A DNA stretch of 64,000 bases from an uncultured Rhodospirillales bacterium (GCA_903931735.1 CAIZDL010000192.1:18608-82607); one strand, 5' to 3'. Positions 25,457 to 38,853 are shown, counted from the stretch's first letter. Notes: generated by a model from the sequence alone, not told the origin. A program made the numbers and translations.

Positions 25457-25517
25457 CCTAGTGATGCCTACCTAGTGATGCCTACCTAGTGATGCCTACC
25501 TAGTGATGCCTACCTAG
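25457..25517. repeat. Perfect 14-bp tandem repeat CCTAGTGATGCCTA x4 plus a partial fifth unit (CCTAG)
   Basis: Units at 25457..25470, 25471..25484, 25485..25498 and 25499..25512, then CCTAG at 25513..25517. It lies in the divergent intergenic region between the fdh operon (start 25301, minus) and ORF 25678 (+). Confidence 0.95.
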
Positions 25518-25677
25518 GCAAGGCCACCTAAGCACGCAGACTTAGGTGCTCAACCGGATTTTTCGGAGATCCCTTAAGGGCTACCCTCGGTCACAGTTAA
25601 TACGGAGTAAACGACAGCTCCGAAACTGGGGAGCATCCGGCACCGGTGTTCGGGGGCGTTGGTAAGGGAGGAAATCG

Positions 25678-26331
25678 ATGGTTATCATTGTCGCACAAGG
25701 CGTGTTGCTGTTTGGCTCAGTGGTTGGGCTATTTCTGTTTGTTTATGCCAATGTCTTTATCTTCAAAAGACTGCTCGGCTTCGACAAGCGAATCAGCCGC
25801 CAAGAAGCGATTGCCCTCGCCGAAACGCCAACCACCGCCAATACCACGGTGACCACCCAGGTCGTCATGTTTGACAGCAACCCGCGCGACACCGCCGAGA
25901 CTTTGTTCCTGCTCTATCAGGAGCAACTGCGGCGCTTCATCGACGCCAAAATCGATATTATGCGCTCGACCGCCGAAACCCAAAACCGGGTGATGCTGCT
26001 CCAAGCGCAAGCGATGTGCAACACCACCGCCCAGCGCACCCCGCTGACCATCGAGTCGGCGGCGGCAAACCGTGACAGCATCCGCTACCTGCCGACCATG
26101 GTTCCGGCTGGTGGCGATATGGTCACCAGCGATGACTCCATGAGCGGCGACGATATGGACTTGATGGTTCCCGGCCGCAGAGACGTACTGGGTGCGCTGA
26201 TGGAACACCACGAGGTCATTCGCACCGAAACCAAGCGGCAACTCGACGAAATTGACGAGCAAATGCGCACCCTGCCCGGCCCCTCAATGGAAGGCTGGGC
26301 AATGGCAAACGTCCACCACACCATCAACTAA
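25678..26331 (+). CDS. Hypothetical membrane-anchored protein (217 aa)
   Basis: Strong SD AAGGGAGGAAATCG before the ATG at 25678. N-terminal TM VIIVAQGVLLFGSVVGLFLFVYANVFIF. The rest is acidic and helical. I recognise no family. Confidence 0.7.
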   Translation: MVIIVAQGVLLFGSVVGLFLFVYANVFIFKRLLGFDKRISRQEAIALAETPTTANTTVTTQVVMFDSNPRDTAETLFLLYQEQLRRFIDAKIDIMRSTAETQNRVMLLQAQAMCNTTAQRTPLTIESAAANRDSIRYLPTMVPAGGDMVTSDDSMSGDDMDLMVPGRRDVLGALMEHHEVIRTETKRQLDEIDEQMRTLPGPSMEGWAMANVHHTIN

Positions 26332-26377
26332 AGAAATTACACTGGAGGTTGCGCCCCCCGAGGATTAGCGCCAAGGA

Positions 26378-27034
26378 TTAGCGCACCACGGAGCGGCGCA
26401 GCCGAACGAAATCCCAGAATAACAGTAAGCACGCAAGACCAAGCCCGGCGCAGACCAACACAAGATCAAGAATTCCCAGCTTCAGGAACAGCCGGTTGGC
26501 AGCATCATATCCCGAGTCGGCGGCATGGCCCTGAAGAGAGATCAACTGCTTAACGGTACCGCGCACGACCTCGAGATTACGGCCGGCGTCAGCCAGCCGA
26601 ACGGCGGAAACCGGCTCCCCGGTCGAGGCCGGCGATGCGCCCAAAGTGGGCCGGATCGCGCCCAGATAGGCTTGCCAAGCGCGCTCGCTCCGCCGAATAA
26701 CCGCTTCCTCGTCGGACCCGATGGTGGTCGCGATGTATTCAAACCAAAAATGCGTCCGCTCGCTTTCCAACCGGGCCACATCCGCCACCAAGGCCCGCTG
26801 GCTGATTTCCCGTGGTTCGAGCGCCGCCTTGGTGATCAACGTTTCAATTTGGTGAACATCGTCGAGGATGCCCGAAAGCTGTACCAATGAAACCGTATGA
26901 TTTTCATTGGATAGCCGAAACTCGGATTTGATCCTCGCCATGCCGATCACACCGGTCACGCCGACAATCACGATCAATGCCAAATGAAACGCCTGGAGAC
27001 CAAAGACTTTAAGTCGGATATTGAGATCTTCCAA
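26378..27034 (-). CDS. Stand-alone MCP-type four-helix-bundle sensor-like protein (two TM helices, no HAMP or signalling domain)
   Basis: TM1 LQAFHLALIVIVGVTGVIGM, a ~150-aa helical periplasmic region (FWFEYIATTIGSDEE...WQAYL), TM2 LDLVLVCAGLGLACLLLFW, and then the stop. This resembles the N-terminal 4HB_MCP/TarH module only. Confidence 0.55.
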   Translation of the reverse strand: MEDLNIRLKVFGLQAFHLALIVIVGVTGVIGMARIKSEFRLSNENHTVSLVQLSGILDDVHQIETLITKAALEPREISQRALVADVARLESERTHFWFEYIATTIGSDEEAVIRRSERAWQAYLGAIRPTLGASPASTGEPVSAVRLADAGRNLEVVRGTVKQLISLQGHAADSGYDAANRLFLKLGILDLVLVCAGLGLACLLLFWDFVRLRRSVVR

Positions 27035-27187
27035 CGGACGGCCCTCGCGTTAGAGGCGGGTCACCCCCGCCACACCGGGCAGGACCGACCAACAAACACA
27101 AACACTGGGGCTTCTACCTAAGGGAATCAACCGGGGCATCCCACCTGCGCGCTATCGTCGCACCTCCCGGCCGGTCTCCGGGCGCGA

Positions 27188-28384
27188 TCATTCTGCCGCG
27201 AGCACGCTTTCCCGCTCATAAAGCCGGGTTGCCCAGCCGAACACCAGCACCGCCAAACCGAGCGTCATCGCCGCTGAAACCAGCGCATGAAGCGGATCGA
27301 CCGGTGCCCCCGCAATCATACGGGTAAACATTACCATCTGTCCGAACACCGGGATACACGCCGTCCACAATTGAGGCGCGAATGGACTCAGCGCCGACGC
27401 AACGCCAGGCAGGGCCGGAACCAATGGAAGCAACCCCAAATAAATCTGCGCTTCTTTCAAACTCCGCGCGATTGCACCAACCGCAAGCTGCAAGGTCACC
27501 GCCAAAACCATGATGGGCAGCGCCATTAAAAAAATCAGCAAAAAGATGCCGGTTCCCGGAGGTTGTTCGATTCCCGGCACTCCGGCGGCCAGAAGCCCCA
27601 ACACCAGCCGGAACGCAGCCAAGTTAACAACCACCGTCGCCACTGTAAAAATAAAAGCCGCGCAGGCTTTTCCCAACAAAAGCTCCCACCGTCGCAACGG
27701 TGTGGTGAGCAAAGGCTCCAGCGTTCCCCGCTCTCGTTCGCCAATTGTCGTATCGAGCGCGAGATAAACAGCGCCAAGAAAAATCATAAAAACAACTAAT
27801 GGCGGCACTAAATTATAAAACAACATCCCCATATTAAATCGCCGACCAACGTGGACCCGCTCAATATCCACCGGCTGAAGAAAGGCAGGATCGATCCCCC
27901 GCTCTATGAGATGACGCCTGGCAACACTACGGCCATACTCATGAATTAAGTCGGCAACAATGCCCGCGTTGCCGGCGCTGACCACGTTGTTGGCATCAAA
28001 AATCAACCGAACAGTATAGTGAGCGCTGGTTACCGCCTCCACCGGAATTTCCAGCACCAGCGCATCGCGGCTGACTTGGCCGGCGCCCCCCTCGACCGGC
28101 GTCACCAAACTCACCCGGTTGCGGCCGAGATAGTCTGAAAGATCAGGCGCATAAGTCCTGCCGCTCACCGCCACCGTGACCGCCCGCCCGCCCGGGGCCA
28201 CCCGCAGCGACGACGCGGAAACCTGAAGGAGCATCCCGACCACCAGCGGCCCCAGCAAAGGGTAAGCCAGCGCCAGCCACAAACTGCGACGATCGCGCAG
28301 ATGATCAAGCATTTCCTTGCCGAGCACCACCCACGCCCGCCACCACCACGGCAACACGCGCCCCTTGGGGCCAACACCAGACAT
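27188..28384 (-). CDS. ABC-2 type exporter permease (NatB-like)
   Basis: The ATG at 28384 overlaps the upstream stop (TGATG). An N-terminal TM is followed by a large extracytoplasmic loop and then 5 C-terminal TM helices, which is the typical ABC-2/NatB layout. Confidence 0.75.
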   Translation of the reverse strand: MSGVGPKGRVLPWWWRAWVVLGKEMLDHLRDRRSLWLALAYPLLGPLVVGMLLQVSASSLRVAPGGRAVTVAVSGRTYAPDLSDYLGRNRVSLVTPVEGGAGQVSRDALVLEIPVEAVTSAHYTVRLIFDANNVVSAGNAGIVADLIHEYGRSVARRHLIERGIDPAFLQPVDIERVHVGRRFNMGMLFYNLVPPLVVFMIFLGAVYLALDTTIGERERGTLEPLLTTPLRRWELLLGKACAAFIFTVATVVVNLAAFRLVLGLLAAGVPGIEQPPGTGIFLLIFLMALPIMVLAVTLQLAVGAIARSLKEAQIYLGLLPLVPALPGVASALSPFAPQLWTACIPVFGQMVMFTRMIAGAPVDPLHALVSAAMTLGLAVLVFGWATRLYERESVLAAE

Positions 28385-29154
28385 CAGACGGCGCCCCCCT
28401 GCAAACCGGCCCCAAAAAAGCCCGGGCGGCCAGCCGCGTGCGCCTCCAAGGCCTGGACAAACACCTCCTCCAGGTCGTCGCAGCCGATCCACGCCCGCAA
28501 TTCATCGGGCAAGCCCGCCGCCACCGCCCGCCCGCGATCAATAATCACCAACTGATCACACAAAGCGCCAACCTCAGACATCAAATGACTGGAGATTAAA
28601 ATACAATGTCCGGCGTCGCGCATCGCCCGCAACAGCCGCCGCACCGCCCGAGTGCTGACAACATCAAGACCATTGGTCGGCTCATCGAGAATAAGATTGG
28701 AAGGCTCATGAACCAACGCCCGCGCCAACGCCACCTTTAGTTCCTGCCCCCGGGAAAAGCCCCGCGCTCTGCGATCGGCGATCCCATCCATTTCCAAAAG
28801 ATCGATCAGCGTCTTGATGCGTGTCTCCAGCGCGGCGCCTTCCAGGCCATGCAGGCGGCCAAAATAGCGGATATGCTCCCGTGCCGTCAGGCGCGCATAA
28901 AGACCGCGAACATCGGGCAAAGCCCCGATCCGCCGTTGCGCTTCAAGACGATCAACGGCAACGTCGTGACCATCGATGGTCACTTGGCCTTCATCGGGGC
29001 GCATCAGCCCGAACACCACCCGAAAGGTGGTGGACTTGCCGGCGCCGTTGGGGCCAATCAGGCCAGTGATCCGGCCATCGCGCGCCTCCAGCGTCAACCC
29101 GTTCACCGCCTGAACCTTGCCAAACGCCTTTGTGAGACCCGAGATTTTTATCAT
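28384..29154 (-). CDS. ABC exporter ATP-binding protein (NatA-like)
   Basis: MIKISGLTKAFGKVQAVNGLTLEA..., Walker A GPNGAGKSTT, Walker B LILDEPTNGLD, H-loop ILISSH. Confidence 0.85.
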   Translation of the reverse strand: MIKISGLTKAFGKVQAVNGLTLEARDGRITGLIGPNGAGKSTTFRVVFGLMRPDEGQVTIDGHDVAVDRLEAQRRIGALPDVRGLYARLTAREHIRYFGRLHGLEGAALETRIKTLIDLLEMDGIADRRARGFSRGQELKVALARALVHEPSNLILDEPTNGLDVVSTRAVRRLLRAMRDAGHCILISSHLMSEVGALCDQLVIIDRGRAVAAGLPDELRAWIGCDDLEEVFVQALEAHAAGRPGFFGAGLQGGAV

Positions 29155-29422
29155 AAAAACGATTATAACCGCCTCGCCGGTCCGGAGCCACCCCTAGGTT
29201 TCGCCCAACGCCCCCATTTCCCGAAACCGCAAAAATTGCTGCACTGCGATATTAAAAATGGGCGCGTGTTCTTCGTTGCTCGCGGCAGTGGTTACGAGTA
29301 TGAAAGTCGCAGGGGATGCGCTCCTGGGGCGCCGCGGAAATCATGGCTTTCCTGCAGCGCCGCAAGCAATCCGTAAAGCTTCAAACGACCCGAATTTCCA
29401 TACTCATCTGGGAGAACACTTC

Positions 29423-30148
29423 ATGGCTCGCTTGGCATTGGTTACTGGTGGCGCCCGCGGTCTCGGCGCTGCGATTTCTATTGCTCTGAAGGACGCCGGC
29501 TACCGCGTCGTCGCCAACGACGTGAACGAAGAATCCGCCAAGGAATTCACCGCCAAGACCGGTATCCCAGTCGCGATCTTCGACGTTAGCAACTTCGAGT
29601 CGACCAAAGCCGGAATCGCCAAGATTGTCGCCGAAAACGGCGGTCCGATTGAAATCCTGGTCAACAACGCCGGCATCACCCGTGATGCCCCGTTGCACAA
29701 AATGACCCCGGAAAACTGGAACGCGGTTATCAACGTCAACCTGACATCGATGTTCAACACCACCCGCAATGTCATTGAGGGTATGCGCGAAAAGGGCTTC
29801 GGCCGTATCGTCAACATTTCGTCGGTGAACGGTCAGGTCGGCCAGTTCGGCCAAACCAATTACTCGGCCGCCAAGGCCGGCGTGTTGGGCTTCACCAAGG
29901 CCGTTGCTCACGAGGGCGCCGCCAAGGGGATCACCTCCAACGCCATTTGCCCCGGCTACATCAACACCGAAATGGTCGCCAAGATCGCTCCGGAAGTCCT
30001 CAAGACCATCGTTGCCAAGGTCCCGACCGGGCGTCTCGGCGAGCCCTCTGAAATCGCTCGGACCGTGGTGTTCCTGGCCGCCGACGAGGCCCAGTACCTC
30101 AATGGCGCAACCCTGTCGGTCAATGGCGCGCTGGCCATGTGTGGCTGA
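29423..30148 (+). CDS. phbB: Acetoacetyl-CoA reductase (SDR family, PhbB-like), 241 aa
   Basis: ATG at 29423 after GGGAGA. MARLALVTGGARGLGAAI, NNAGITRD, and NISSVNGQVGQFGQTNYSAAKAGVLGFTK are close to the classic PhaB signatures. Confidence 0.75.
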   Translation: MARLALVTGGARGLGAAISIALKDAGYRVVANDVNEESAKEFTAKTGIPVAIFDVSNFESTKAGIAKIVAENGGPIEILVNNAGITRDAPLHKMTPENWNAVINVNLTSMFNTTRNVIEGMREKGFGRIVNISSVNGQVGQFGQTNYSAAKAGVLGFTKAVAHEGAAKGITSNAICPGYINTEMVAKIAPEVLKTIVAKVPTGRLGEPSEIARTVVFLAADEAQYLNGATLSVNGALAMCG

Positions 30149-30178
30149 TTTTCCTGCTTTTTGCGGGGCTAAAGATTT

Positions 30179-30219
30179 GGGGGGAGCCTGCGGGTCGCGG
30201 GCTCCCCCTTTTCTTTTGT
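30179..30219 (+). terminator. Rho-independent terminator of phbB
   Basis: GGGGGGAGCCTGCG ... CGCGGGCTCCCCC forms a GC-rich stem followed by CTTTTCTTTTGT. Confidence 0.8.
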
Positions 30220-30335
30220 ACAAACCGGGCCAATCGCGGAGTCCCGTGGTGAGGCGAAAGACGACTCGCAAACAAAGCCCAATCACCACCAGAAATTGGC
30301 GCGCCCCGAGTGATGCGGGTTTACTGGGGATCTAA

Positions 30336-30366
30336 TATTAACTATAGATTGCCGATATATAGTTAA
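30336..30366. promoter_or_regulatory. Perfect 10-bp inverted repeat ATTAACTATA-N11-TATAGTTAAT (operator candidate) in an AT-rich intergenic region
   Basis: The arms are 30336..30345 and 30357..30366. It lies ~65 bp upstream of a TTGACA-N16-TAATTA sigma70-like element (30430..30457) that precedes the Rmf-like ORF. Confidence 0.4.
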
Positions 30367-30639
30367 TAACCCACCAATTGATAACCAAGGGCGACTCGGT
30401 GGACGGCAAATGACAAAAATGTTTTACCATTGACAATTTTTTCAACCGCGCTAATTATGCGCCCTTAGTGGGGTTTGCCTCTTGGTGAGAGGGCTCCTTA
30501 GTGAGATTTGAATAAACACTCGTCCGCTCGTCCGCTTTCAGCAGGAAGGGTCCATCCCATGGACAATCAGGCAGCGCTGGCGACAAAGGTGGGGCTTCAA
30601 TGGGTCGACAGCCTTAAGCCCCTCAGACGGAGCCATTAC

Positions 30640-30837
30640 ATGGGTAAGGAGCGACCGTCTCAGCCTATGGCGACCGAAGCGGGGGCGCGCATGTCGAAGG
30701 GCTGGTCGCTCAGCACCTTCCGCCAAGGGGTTGATGCGGCAAAAGCCGGGCAACCGCCCTCGGTCAACCCCTATGAGACGGGGACCGATCAGGCCGCGAT
30801 CTGGCTCGGTGGCTGGCAAGTCGGAACTTCTGTGTGA
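30640..30837 (+). CDS. Small Rmf/CrpP-like protein (start uncertain)
   Basis: The C-terminal FRQGVDAAKAGQPPSVNPYETGTDQAAIWLGGWQVG parallels E. coli Rmf (YQAGIAGRSKEMCPYQTLNQRSQWLGGWREA). The ATG at 30640 has GGAG at 7 nt. Alternative ATGs are at 30667 and 30691. Confidence 0.55.
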   Translation: MGKERPSQPMATEAGARMSKGWSLSTFRQGVDAAKAGQPPSVNPYETGTDQAAIWLGGWQVGTSV

Positions 30838-30862
30838 GCCTCGATATCAATATGAGCCCCGG

Positions 30863-34649
<3,787 letters not shown>

Positions 34650-34817
34650 GACAAGGATCGCGATAAGGTTCTGATTTCACCACTTTTCTTGAACCCGCCC
34701 AGCCAGAATGTCAATGGTGGTGGACGAGACCCAATTCATGGGAACACACCCGCCCTTTAAAACCGGGCGCCGTACCGCTATGGTGGGGCATCTTTAAGCG
34801 GGGCGTGAAAGCGGGAC

Positions 34818-36029
34818 ATGACGCAGCTCAATACGTATCGGGGCGGGCCGGACGAGCAAGGGCACTTCGGCATTTATGGCGGACGGTATGTTGCCGAGAC
34901 GCTGATGCCGCTTATCTTGAATGTGGAAAAGGCTTACGCCGCCGCCAAAGATGACCCGGAATTCCAAAAGGATTTCCGCTATCACATGACCTATTATGTG
35001 GGGCGGCCAAGCGCGCTCTATTATGCCAAGCGCCTGACCGAGGAGCTGGGCGGCGCTAAAATTTACTTTAAGCGTGAAGAGTTAAACCACACCGGCGCCC
35101 ACAAAATCAATAATTGTATTGGGCAGATCTTGCTGGCCCGCCGTATGGGCAAAACCCGGATCATCGCCGAAACCGGTGCCGGCCAACATGGCGTTGCCAC
35201 CGCCACCGTCTGCGCACTGTTCAACCTGCCCTGCACCATTTATATGGGCGAGGTGGATATCGAGCGTCAAAAGCCCAACGTTTTCCGAATGCGCTTGCTG
35301 GGCGCCGAGGTAAAGCCGGTGACTTCGGGCTCACGCACCCTTAAAGACGCAATGAACGAGGCGTTGCGCGACTGGGTGAGCAATGTTTCCGACACCTATT
35401 ACTTGATCGGCACCGTTGCCGGCCCCCACCCTTACCCGATGATTGTGCGCGATTTTCAAGCCGTAATCGGCGAGGAAACCCGCGAGCAAATGATGGCCGC
35501 CGAGGGCCGGTTGCCCGATAGCCTGATCGCCTGCATCGGTGGCGGCTCCAACGCCATGGGGCTGTTCTATCCCTTTCTCGACGACCCTTCTGTATCGCTG
35601 GTGGGTGTTGAAGCCGCCGGGCTCGGGCTTTCCACCACCAAACATGCGGCCTCGATGGCCGGAGGCGCGCCCGGCGTCCTGCACGGCAACCGCACCTATT
35701 TGCTGCAAGACCCCGATGGCCAAATACTAGAGGGCCACTCGATTTCAGCCGGACTGGATTATCCCGGTGTCGGACCGGAGCATTCGTGGCTCCACGACCT
35801 CGGCCGCGTCCGTTACGAGTCGGCCACCGACGCCGAGGCGCTCGAGGCCTTCAAACTCTGCTCCCGGACCGAAGGCATTTTACCAGCCCTCGAGCCGGCC
35901 CACGCCCTGGCCTACATCATCCGGGCCGCCGGAGCCCTGCCCGCCGATCACCTGATGGTACTCGGGCTATCCGGGCGCGGCGATAAAGACATCTTCACCG
36001 TCGCGGACGCGCTGGGGACCACGATATGA
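34818..36029 (+). CDS. trpB: Tryptophan synthase beta chain
   Basis: [17 protein letters not shown], the PLP-Lys motif [11 protein letters not shown], and GGGSNAMG. Confidence 0.97.
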   Translation: MTQLNTYRGGPDEQGHFGIYGGRYVAETLMPLILNVEKAYAAAKDDPEFQKDFRYHMTYYVGRPSALYYAKRLTEELGGAKIYFKREELNHTGAHKINNCIGQILLARRMGKTRIIAETGAGQHGVATATVCALFNLPCTIYMGEVDIERQKPNVFRMRLLGAEVKPVTSGSRTLKDAMNEALRDWVSNVSDTYYLIGTVAGPHPYPMIVRDFQAVIGEETREQMMAAEGRLPDSLIACIGGGSNAMGLFYPFLDDPSVSLVGVEAAGLGLSTTKHAASMAGGAPGVLHGNRTYLLQDPDGQILEGHSISAGLDYPGVGPEHSWLHDLGRVRYESATDAEALEAFKLCSRTEGILPALEPAHALAYIIRAAGALPADHLMVLGLSGRGDKDIFTVADALGTTI

Positions 36030-36859
36030 GCACCGAGGGACGCATTACCCGCAGCTTCGCCGCCCTCAAAGCCGAAGGCCGGGCCGCGCTGATCACCTTT
36101 ATCACCGCCGGCGATCCCGATGCCGCGACCAGCCTCGCGTTGTTGCGCGGCCTGCCCGCTGCCGGCGCCGACCTTATCGAAATCGGGATGCCCTTCACCG
36201 ACCCGATGGCCGATGGCCCCGCTATTCAGGCGGCCTCGCTCAGGGCGCTGGCTGCCGGCATGACGCTGGCCGGCACCCTGGCGCTGGTGCGGGAGTTTCG
36301 CGCAGGGGATGCCGACACGCCCTTGATTTTAATGGGATACTTCAACCCGATCTACCGGTACGGCGTAGCACGCTTCCTTGTCGACGCCAAAACCGCCGGA
36401 GTCGATGGCCTGATCGTGGTCGATCTCCCGCCCGAAGAAGACCAAGAGCTGTGCCTGCCCGCCCTCGCCGCCGGAATCAGCTTTATCCGCCTTGCCACCC
36501 CCACCACCGACGATGCCCGGCTGCCGGCGGTGCTTCGCCATACGTCGGGTTTCGTGTATTACGTTTCCATCACGGGGATAACCGGCACCGCCGCCGCCAG
36601 CGATCAAGCGATCAGCGACGCCGTGACCCGGTTGCGCCGGCACACCAGCCTGCCGGTGGCGGTCGGATTCGGCATCACCAGCCCCGACCGCGCCGCCGCC
36701 GTAGCCACGGTTGCCGACGCCGCCGTGGTTGGGTCCGCGATTGTCAGCCGCATCGCAAATGGGTTGGATGACCGAGGCCATGCACCGGCCGGATTGGTGG
36801 AAAGCGTGCTGGAGTTCGTCCGCGAACTCGCGGACGCCGTGCACGGCGCGCGACGATAG
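36026..36859 (+). CDS. trpA: Tryptophan synthase alpha chain
   Basis: ATGA overlap with trp[38 protein letters not shown]-like GFGITSP. Confidence 0.95.
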   Translation: MSTEGRITRSFAALKAEGRAALITFITAGDPDAATSLALLRGLPAAGADLIEIGMPFTDPMADGPAIQAASLRALAAGMTLAGTLALVREFRAGDADTPLILMGYFNPIYRYGVARFLVDAKTAGVDGLIVVDLPPEEDQELCLPALAAGISFIRLATPTTDDARLPAVLRHTSGFVYYVSITGITGTAAASDQAISDAVTRLRRHTSLPVAVGFGITSPDRAAAVATVADAAVVGSAIVSRIANGLDDRGHAPAGLVESVLEFVRELADAVHGARR

Positions 36860-36870
36860 GAGGCACAATC

Positions 36871-37392
36871 ATGGCCCATATTCGCGACACCGACGACGAC
36901 GATCTCGAATATCACCCGCCGACTCGGGAGGAAGTCTTTGCCCAGTTGGAAGACTGGCGGCAACGGCTGCACAAGCTCTACGCCGACATCATCTCGTGGC
37001 TGCCCGATGGCGAAGGCTACGAGACCAAAATCCGCGACTATATGACCGACGAAGGCCCCATGCGCCATGTCGGCGTTCCGCCGCAGCCGGTGCCGGAATT
37101 GGTGGTGCGCCGGCACGGGGAACAGGTGGCGGTATTTACGCCGGAGGCATGCTGGATTATTGGCGTGCTTGGCCGGGTGATGGTGTTCGGAAACCAGCAT
37201 CGTCCTCATAAGCTGGTGGAAGTTGACTTTCCCACATCGGAGACTGGATGGCACCTTTACCGGAGCGACTGGCCTTCGCCTTCATTACAGGACCCGTCGA
37301 GTCTCTTGCGACCTCTAGACCCCCGGCTTCTTTCCGGAGTCCGCTTTGATCGTGAGCAGCTTTACGGTTTGGTGGGGGGCAACCATGGATGA
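36871..37392 (+). CDS. Hypothetical protein (173 aa), first gene of an insertion between trpA and accD
   Basis: The ATG at 36871 is preceded by AGGAGG, which overlaps the trpA stop. I recognise no domain. The N-terminus is acidic (DTDDDDLEY). Confidence 0.65.
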   Translation: MAHIRDTDDDDLEYHPPTREEVFAQLEDWRQRLHKLYADIISWLPDGEGYETKIRDYMTDEGPMRHVGVPPQPVPELVVRRHGEQVAVFTPEACWIIGVLGRVMVFGNQHRPHKLVEVDFPTSETGWHLYRSDWPSPSLQDPSSLLRPLDPRLLSGVRFDREQLYGLVGGNHG

Positions 37393-37867
37393 CCTTGATA
37401 GCATTCATGGCGCCTATAAGGTGATCAATACTAATTTATCCGCACTCTCAATACCACAAGGCATTTCTAACGAAAACCGCCTAGAATACTATAAAATGCT
37501 CAAGGAATACGAAGAGATTAACAGCCACGCATATTTTTGCCTAGCATTTGCCCAGTGTGAAGATCTTATCAAGAAACGCTTTCGACAACTCGTTGGCACA
37601 TGCCGGACGACCACTAGGGGAGCCGATCAAGGCGCGTGGGACTATGTCGGCGGCAATAAAATAGACATCCTATTTATGGTTAAATTTTTACTGCCGGGCC
37701 ATGACAAAATTTATGCCACAGTCCGAGAGCTGTACCGGGATCGTAATCACATCGTCCATGAAGCCAAATTGACCCTTCCAATCGATCTGCCGCGGGTCAT
37801 AAAAGACATCAAAGACATCGCCAAGTTAATCGACGACACCCTCTCCACCCCCGAGGCCGCCCTATGA
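37385..37867 (+). CDS. Hypothetical all-alpha protein with a HEPN-type Rx4H motif (160 aa), low-GC
   Basis: The ATG at 37385 overlaps the upstream ORF by 8 nt (ATGGATGA). Motif [10 protein letters not shown] (R120..H125, nt 37742..37759). Its base composition is visibly AT-richer than the flanks. Its stop overlaps the accD ATG (ATGA at 37864). Confidence 0.6.
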   Translation: MDDLDSIHGAYKVINTNLSALSIPQGISNENRLEYYKMLKEYEEINSHAYFCLAFAQCEDLIKKRFRQLVGTCRTTTRGADQGAWDYVGGNKIDILFMVKFLLPGHDKIYATVRELYRDRNHIVHEAKLTLPIDLPRVIKDIKDIAKLIDDTLSTPEAAL

Positions 37868-38853
37868 ACTGGCTCAGCAATTACGTTCGCCCTAAGATCC
37901 GTGCTCTGGTCGCGCCGCGCGAGGTGCCGGAGAACCTTTGGCACAAGTGCCCGAGCTGCGAAGCGATGATTTTTCATCGCGAGATGGAGGATGATCTGCA
38001 TGTCTGCCGCCACTGCGGCCACCACATGCGAATCGATCCGGCCAAACGGCTTAGCATGTTGTTTGACAACGGCGATTACCAGTTGGTCGACCTGCCGAAA
38101 ACACCGGTGGACCCGCTGAAATTCCGCGATACCAAGCGCTACACCGACCGCCTCAAGGAGGCCCAGGCCAAAGCGGCGCGGAACGATGCGATTGTCGTCG
38201 CCTTCGGTAAAATGGGCGGAATGGACGTGGTGATCGCGGCCTTCGATTTCCGCTTCATGGGCGGCTCGATGGGCATTGCGGTGGGCGAAGGCCTGCTCTC
38301 GGCCGCCAAGCTGGCCGTGCTCCAAGAAGCACCGTTGATCGTGATCCCGGCCTCGGGCGGCGCACGGATGCAAGAGGGCATTCTCTCGCTGATGCAGATG
38401 CCGCGCACTGTGATCGCGGTCGAGATGGTGAAAGAAGCCGGCCTGCCCTATATCGTGGTGCTGACCGACCCCACCACCGGCGGCGTCACCGCGTCGTTCG
38501 CGATGCTCGGCGATATCCAGATCGCGGAAAAGGGTGCGCAAATCGGCTTTGCTGGCGCCCGGGTCATTGAGGACACCATCCGCGAAACCCTGCCCGAGGG
38601 CTTCCAGCGCTCGGAATATCTGCTCGATCACGGCATGGTCGATATGGTCGTGCATCGCAAGGATCTGCGCGACACCCTGACCCGCATCCTTCACCTGCTC
38701 CGCCATCCCGGCCCCTCGGGCGAGGTGGTGATTTTGGGCGGCCTCGAGCAAACCGAGGTGCCGAAACTCGGCTTCGAGGCCGATGCCAAAAAGGGCAAAG
38801 AGGGCGAGAAGGCTGCCGATCACGGCGATGTGGGAGAACGCCCTGCTTCCTGA
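37864..38853 (+). CDS. accD: Acetyl-CoA carboxylase carboxyltransferase beta subunit
   Basis: [12 protein letters not shown]; Zn ribbon [26 protein letters not shown]; FMGGSMG. Confidence 0.95.
   Translation: MNWLSNYVRPKIRALVAPREVPENLWHKCPSCEAMIFHREMEDDLHVCRHCGHHMRIDPAKRLSMLFDNGDYQLVDLPKTPVDPLKFRDTKRYTDRLKEAQAKAARNDAIVVAFGKMGGMDVVIAAFDFRFMGGSMGIAVGEGLLSAAKLAVLQEAPLIVIPASGGARMQEGILSLMQMPRTVIAVEMVKEAGLPYIVVLTDPTTGGVTASFAMLGDIQIAEKGAQIGFAGARVIEDTIRETLPEGFQRSEYLLDHGMVDMVVHRKDLRDTLTRILHLLRHPGPSGEVVILGGLEQTEVPKLGFEADAKKGKEGEKAADHGDVGERPAS

Noticed and set aside
25457-25517. Possible CRISPR array
   Set aside because: The 14-bp units are directly abutting with no spacers and are far shorter than CRISPR repeats. 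No cas genes are in the window. I reported it as a tandem repeat instead.
26361-26384. Direct repeat AGGATTAGCGC x2 (13-bp period) at the convergent junction 26331/26378
   Set aside because: There are only two short copies, and the second overlaps the stop codon and last codons of the minus-strand gene. This is most simply coincidence, with no structural or regulatory pattern I can defend.
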